NCBI GenBank assembly: GCA_964566255.1
Contig: CAZMID010000001.1
Span: 83,152-147,151 of the forward strand
Source of the DNA: an uncultured Planctomycetia bacterium
Lineage (GTDB): Bacteria > Omnitrophota > Gorgyraeia > Gorgyraeales > Gorgyraeaceae
Length of the DNA: 64,000 nucleotides
Direction of reading: 5' to 3'
Below the pieces are notes generated by a model, which was not told the origin of the DNA, made no database searches, and worked only from the letters and a program-made list of their open reading frames with translations. Below, one piece after another: positions 62,201 to 64,000 of this stretch. Numbering within the stretch: position 1 is the first letter of the stretch; each line of letters opens with the position of its first letter. The position numbers were made by a program, and so were the translations under genes.

Positions 62201-63999
62201 TAACCATCTGGATAACTTCCACTACTCTGACCCAATTTTAAGTAACCACCTACTGTGAGATTATAGCCATTTGTATCTAAAGTACACACTGAGCCTGCAG
62301 TATGCATTCCATACACTTTAAGATTTCCAGTAATATTCCAATTACCAGTCATAGTGTTAGTAATAGAAGCTCCTTCACCCTGCATATATACATATCCGTT
62401 AATGGTCATAGCTCCTTGGGTTTTGTTGTTATTTCTATTTAAGACAACATTTGAATTAATAGTAGCGCCTGAACCTATAGTAATATAATCATTTACCGAA
62501 ACGTTATAAACGGATAGTATCGTACCATTAATAGTAGAATTAGCTCCCAAAATAACCTGTCTAACTATACTACTTGTAGTACTCGCAGTTATACTTGGAG
62601 CTAATTCATATATTTTAAGAGCGTTAGTATAATAATAGTTTGAAAGAGTTCCACTTGCTGTCTGATACCATTTGCCGGTTGAAGTTATACGAGTTGATGC
62701 ATAAGGAACAGTAAGATTTACAAAATTCACCTGCCTACCATTGTCAACTAATAACCCTTGATTAATAGTAATAGTACCTGTTGATGTAAGATCATGTCCT
62801 GAAGTGGCACTCAAAGTAATTGTTCCTGTATAATCATTAGTCATTGTCAAATCCACCACTGAAACCGCACCGCTTGTATTACAATCAGCTGTTGAAGTAG
62901 AATTAAATATTATATTATCTCCTGCAATTGGCACCGTATCGCATGTCCAGTTGGCTGCAGTTGAATATGCATTATCTGCCCCATCATTGGTCCAGATAAA
63001 ATTATTTGTAAAAGTCCAATTTGTGTTATTTCCACCGTTGGTTGATCGACATGCTGTAACTGCATTTCCACCAGATGAATTCATGTATGAAGCACTTACA
63101 TATACAACCTCTGCTGTTCCTGATACTGTAAGAGGTGAATCATTAGCTGCTGTTACAGGACCTAGTGTAATTAAGTTTCCATTGGCACCCTTTAAGTACA
63201 TTACCCCTGAAACCGTAGTAGTATTGGTAGAATCAAACTTTATAGTCTTACCTGCTGTAACACAACGTAAATTAACAAATGTACTTGTTCCTGTGATTTC
63301 TGAGGTGCCGGCTCCAGCAATTAATAAGGTAGAACCAGTATCAGCTGTAAGAGTACCGTTATTTGTAAAGTCACCACTTATAGTAAAAGTAATATTATCA
63401 TCAATGTGGAATACACCATTATTCTGTATAGTAACATTACCGACTGTAGTTCCAGTAATACCACTCTTAATCAAAGTAGTTGCCGTAGGAGCATCTACGC
63501 TATTATTATCAATTATTAGATCTCCTGCATTAGCACCCTGAGATGCTGTTTGTTTATAAATTGTACCAGCAGCACCTGTATGAATACCATTATAACTTGA
63601 TCCTCCATATGCCTGCATTGTAATACTTCCGAATGTATTTCCTGATGTCAATTTAACCGCTATTCTGCCGCCACCGCCGCCGCCATTGCCGCCGGCTGCA
63701 GTATCACTGCCGCCATCAGCTCTTATAACTCCTGTTCCACTAATAGTAGCTGTAGTAATATTAACTGTTCCTCCTGAACCGCACCCATAACCATCAGTAA
63801 AACCCACAGATCCTGCTGATATCGTTCCATTAATTGTTGTTGCGCCTGTAACAGTTAATATAGCTGCGCCGCCGCCATTATTAGTATTAGCAGATGAGCC
63901 GCCATCGCCTGCACTACCTATATTTACAGGGTTAGTTATAGAACCATAGGTAGTTCCATTTGTGCCATTTGGGTCTTTCCCTTCTCCTCCATATCCTGC
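50206..63999 (-). CDS. Giant Thr/Gly/Ser/Asn-rich surface protein (>4,590 aa, 5' partial): Gly-rich repeat, beta-helix-like tandem repeats, Ig-like array, helical C-terminus
   Basis: The frame stays open beyond the track start (63807) to the window edge (...AGYGGEGKDPNGTNGTTYGSITNPVNIGSAGDG...), so the real start is outside the window. Adhesin-like composition and internal repeats. Confidence 0.92.
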   Translation of the reverse strand, partial: AGYGGEGKDPNGTNGTTYGSITNPVNIGSAGDGGSSANTNNGGGAAILTVTGATTINGTISAGSVGFTDGYGCGSGGTVNITTATISGTGVIRADGGSDTAAGGNGGGGGGRIAVKLTSGNTFGSITMQAYGGSSYNGIHTGAAGTIYKQTASQGANAGDLIIDNNSVDAPTATTLIKSGITGTTVGNVTIQNNGVFHIDDNITFTISGDFTNNGTLTADTGSTLLIAGAGTSEITGTSTFVNLRCVTAGKTIKFDSTNTTTVSGVMYLKGANGNLITLGPVTAANDSPLTVSGTAEVVYVSASYMNSSGGNAVTACRSTNGGNNTNWTFTNNFIWTNDGADNAYSTAANWTCDTVPIAGDNIIFNSTSTADCNTSGAVSVVDLTMTNDYTGTITLSATSGHDLTSTGTITINQGLLVDNGRQVNFVNLTVPYASTRITSTGKWYQTASGTLSNYYYTNALKIYELAPSITASTTSSIVRQVILGANSTINGTILSVYNVSVNDYITIGSGATINSNVVLNRNNNKTQGAMTINGYVYMQGEGASITNTMTGNWNITGNLKVYGMHTAGSVCTLDTNGYNLTVGGYLKLGQSSGSYPDGYQGAILFSSGTHSIGGKIYVEGQYTHGHFNLGSGTVSVGGDIDFRYASVTVGTSTVTLTGATPTIYSIVDYTYKDGGDPLNTAPFYNLISTTAGQTIDFEDGKTVTVANDLTFTGADGNLITLDSVTGGATTWNLNLSGNSLNCAYLDVKNSDASSGNAIATISSTDSTGNTNWYFGSAGEVVWTNAGGDGLFSTAGNWSTGAVPGAGDTAMFSSASTADCSLAGATPTVANFTMQDGYTGTVTLSGTADQDLTVTDTISIADGTFNDNSRQVNIVNLSIAYETGRLSSNGTFKQTASGTIRNAHYTNPIRTLEIDASVTATLTGLTHAARLILGNNSTITGGSILKLYPYTKATFDDCITQGTGTTISCTVYMQLNHSRTQGAITTSGDLNIKEADSVTVTMTGNWTVGGNLTIHGRPAAGSKATLDTNGNNLTVSGYLRLGDATVTANSDLGEILFSSGTHSIGGNMYVYADADTAGTFNLGSGTISVGGNVNFRRATVVEGTSTVTITDDSRLYACTTGDDINTTPFYNLTCTTAGKALTFEASKTVTIANNLTFTGADGNLITLDSTTPDTAWNLNVSGAATGMNYLDVEDSNASSGDDIVTLNSTDSTGNTGWVFGSANDTYWTNNSGDGLFGTAANWSTGSVPTSSSNVIFDSDFSTANCSLTGASYEIANLTLADDFATSDSYATTGKVSLSTTGGQNLTVSDTVTLQNGKVIDNGRTVNFVNVAIDNEATRLTSTGIWNQTASGTVSNPKNHSNKFNYELADEVTGTISGTSYFKKLVLGANSTVTGGTIFIRPTVNNFIVQDSSATISSNITFATGSKSLGALTISGNVSMVDYAGTITMNGNWDITGNLTIYGVWTEGIGSICTLDTNANTLTVSDNLRLGYSHPSYEDRIYGGILFSSGTHSIGGSLYVHGANTAGTINLGSGTVSVGGDIDFSHSDVTIGTSTVTLIGADTATLYADDFSNIPFHNLTCTEPDKQINFEAGKTVTIANDLTLTGTSGTDNDITLRSSSDGTAWNLNLSGNSLDCAYLDVKDSDASSGNGIATLSSTDSTGNTNWYFGSAGETVWTNGAGDGLFSSAGNWSTGSVPGAGDTVMFSSASTDNCSVTDPYTIANLTLNDDYTGTVTLSPTADEDLTVTDTITLQNGTLDDNGRTINFVNLAIDHEANRIASTGTFKQTADGTIISTYGNYPLYIYEVASGVTATLTGATYAQRIILGANSTVNGSTLYLWAPTVNDSFTQGSGATINSNIAWYNMGTNITQGTITTAAGSNVSVSGGNKTLTMTGNWNVGGDLRIYGGYGQIKNTLDTNGNNLTITGDLRLGLNNVSYLDKYYGEILFSSGTHTIGGKLYTAGQYTHGYINFGSGTINVAGDVDFRYSTVTDVGTSTVNLTTAGAATIYSIIDYDYDKEGDALNTAPFYNLNCTVAGKPLTFVAGKTVTVAGNLTFTGADGNLITLDSTSAGNAWNINLSGIAVGMSYLDVQDSNASSGNAIATISSTNSGNNTNWYFGLANDVIWTNGAGNGLFATAGNWSTESVPGASDNVIFNSTSTADCSVNQALAVTNFSMQDGYTGTVTLSATGGQNLTSTGTIIVNDGTLVDNGRTVNFVNATIADEASRLTSTGIWNQTASGNVSNSQESSNTFSTYQIANSVTATLTAETCAKRLILGTNSTITGSMVTLYNPAINNFITQGSGATISSEVSMRINAARSQGALTFGGNVQYNWTNNLTLTMTGNWSVGGNLIIYGSSGTGSKATLNTNGNNLTVTGNLQLGFNSGSYPNALYGEVLFSSGTHSIGGNLYVPGEYTHGYVNFGTGATSVAGDMDLTYGTVSSSTGTLNMTDDNANIAIPGNFSIATLNMNGATQTLTLGGNLAVSTQFTPGTSSATFTATDSGNTVNIPVYSGGSPTLNKFYNLIFNGASGSWSTTNNLRVENDLTLTQGTFSDNNNTVYVGRDLIASGTSTRQYTITAGTSMTVVRDLIFSGSGGTFTVDTNTLLVGRHLNVSASNTFTHFETTTITLNGAAAQTFTTGDITFDTVNFSGAGPFTITGDFTVDDTATVTGTKTINCSGSFVIATTFTPATSTVVFNGTSSGKTIDIPIVNSFYNMTVNGSEGEWTLQKNLTVSNNLTLTLGKLIDNAKTVSFVNLSTAAVTDLLTSTGTWTQTASGTINCQHSGSKINDLVLASTGVTSTLDGDIHANKLTLADGTIAGATNDIYLYGALSGMISPAGATTVSSTLGNIYLEALTSQIAFQLPDSLVSGKVYVKATTQGGITALGNWNFSNNTVAFYETPAQDSFIDLDGNNLSCGDLKLGHDAQITYGADLRLDGGTHSIANISKAYSGTPTGTQAMNMESSTINCSGSLDFTNIALTSGTSTVNMTSSTGAKTVKAGGQTLNHLTFNDADTTWTLQDTLDVKGNLTLTAGTFTHNSRNVTISGTSGSISIIDGPFTFYNFSCTSEGKVLQFKQGETQTMTGTFTITGGAGADRVQIRSPIAGLTHTLAPAAVSVSYADIKDSTLTAERIGTNCFDSGNNTNWVLNPTFEITTPASGATLNVDSTPEIAWTSSGGITEVKLWYSTDASAGTPTWTLITPVAIANSDGANTYDWTVADAISEDCKIKVAAVLNGAVEESVLDLSDTFNIRGVLALTYPNDEGIGWPVGTARNITFTKTGTLGDVKVYCSTTGAEGDVWGEALATTSGTSYEWSPSGGHQSNNVYIKVTDADNEANVYDISDNSFTVGAGSLTAVTITDAGGDTERTTFICGNSYDIGWTTTGTVASVNISYSIDGGTNWTNIKTSVTNDDEYNGTGTGDDGPWAVENTPSANVLIKVAHSSDSNIYAVTDATTIATPFTVTTPPADIILTAGTAYVIGWTTTAGVSADTVTIEYSLTGSGSWTEINEGDYTATNDHSEVWNITAGLSTTTAKVRISDASDSTTYAYVDSSTFSLKRGSLAVTSPNSTVTWKVGTQHPIEWSTTGVINNVRLYYATDGDLETPTWNALVGGSLDDATGQYNWTIPDAISDNCLVKIVDAEDSGIFDISDAVFSIKPEFTLTAPNGGQDWAVGTTNDITWTNTGTVSQVDLQYSTNSGSTWTDIVTGLSNTGTYTWTVPTADSSNCKIKIISTSDSTVSDTSDAVFTISLASITITAPVAGNIWVRNDTNTIKWSTAGTCYDDMKIQYSPSGTFSGDVVDIATGETNDGTYSWEIPNDLTVSDTAKIRAQDMTWDTAGYDVIGTSGVFEITAPRIDLTAPNGGDTLTVAGSTDITWTSRGESIGANVEIRYSTDNFSSSTLIVDSTLDDGTYTWTDIPDDISDTVKVRVYDDSNLSIYDTSDTNLSIKGALTITSPAADATFYVGVAQDIEWTTTGTIANVDLFYSSDGGTTWKNMADLESTDEGYADSEIANDGSYSWSSPDAVNNDNTPKAISFKIVDSSDSTVYGTRDFTNSYYAATLNVTDLAGLVGHLRALAVTINYSSTGLTFGDFTGVVSPATQYFTPNVQFSVEVSRNGYLAGSTNFLADENDKTINIALDAAAINKERTVEIEHYYRPSTDMLYLNARLREQENLIPKNDEDNSIVGVTEFYVQIFDGNTEVLTSTTATTTLNTTGEFLAVWEDVRADGYLEEGTRYSARVRAEYEGTYHWNMNIIDITEAMTMYRINRAFGMSDADMLSGGDSIVSRLTASTTSLATTVASQATLTKAAVTASASTTQAAITAGTASTATAITTSQSTIASAVTSSQSSITSAVTKQASARIINEYTNFEAGDTFQIRYRTTSGITCTVSIYDADEETVVSAASMSEVGTTGIYTYDFETDDEGLYSIVCSGSNGTTDVIAVAAISADLETISSNITAVMGSVSGIDTASLASAAATIATLESSLATLSGALGGLTSMASEVDSISSELNQSISSALANISKAFDNVTSQVGVDLGNMGKIVEEGKSDRKYIQEKQEEVKAGVDLVRDIIEQGNDAPVQTTWMVSSETAEMDTGIIETIEE
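50948..51147 (-). repeat. Six 11-residue (hendecad) Ala/Ser/Thr repeats
   Basis: TASTTSLATTV ASQATLTKAAV TASASTTQAAI TAGTASTATAI TTSQSTIASAV TSSQSSITSAV. Confidence 0.75.
51845..54560 (-). repeat. About nine ~100-aa Ig-like (Kre9/KNH1 N-terminal / Ser-Thr-rich type) repeats
   Basis: Recurring LTxPNGG..W.VG....I.WT.TG....V.L.YS.D.G.TW...N.G.Y.W..P......IKI....D.SD..F.I pattern. Confidence 0.8.
56290..62994 (-). repeat. Five ~447-aa tandem repeats in the giant protein (fifth degenerates at its end)
   Basis: WTNxxGxGLFxTAxNWST motif Trp codons at 62994, 61653, 60321, 58977 and 57630 (spacings 1341, 1332, 1344, 1347 nt); each unit has MTGNW, LDTNG, ILFSSGTHSIGG, PFYNL. Confidence 0.9.
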
Positions 64000-64000
64000 T

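Noticed and set aside
56290-62994. CRISPR array or diversity-generating retroelement as source of the repeats
   Set aside because: Repeats are in-frame ~1.34 kb coding units with no repeat-spacer pattern, no cas or reverse transcriptase gene, and no template/variable pair differing only at adenines was seen.
63805-63807. Track start codon of the giant ORF
   Set aside because: It is an internal GTG (Val); the frame is open to the window edge, so the true start is outside.

Overview
Low-GC, gene-dense bacterial chromosome segment, almost all on the minus strand. Gene content (giant surface-protein gene, T2SS-linked F1-ATPase paralogues, group 4 hydrogenase, signal-peptide-fused metabolic enzyme) suggests an anaerobic Omnitrophota (OP3)-like organism; this taxon call is inference. 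Left to right: (1) partial ApgM phosphoglycerate mutase with an unexpected signal peptide, pfkA, an unannotated 22-aa basic peptide, a thermonuclease and a PilZ-TM-coiled-coil-glycosidase-like protein; (2) a MarR-TolC-RND operon with no periplasmic adaptor; (3) an Mrp/Mbh-type membrane-bound [NiFe] hydrogenase operon headed by AsrA/AsrB-like (HydB/HydG-like) NAD(P)H-linked subunits and a Rex operator; (4) hyp maturation genes (truncated hypF) between sulfur/methionine genes; (5) a BirA-controlled bioB-bioU-bioF-bioD operon; (6) the main signal: a ~17 kb tightly coupled run in which divergent F-type ATPase genes (c, b/delta, alpha, gamma, beta, short epsilon; no subunit a) are interleaved with type II secretion genes (gspE,F,G,I,J,K,L-like,M-like), a PAS protein, a sensor kinase and a metallopeptidase, directly downstream of a >4,590-aa repetitive surface protein gene that runs off the window end. 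No rRNA, tRNA, CRISPR array or mobile element was seen.
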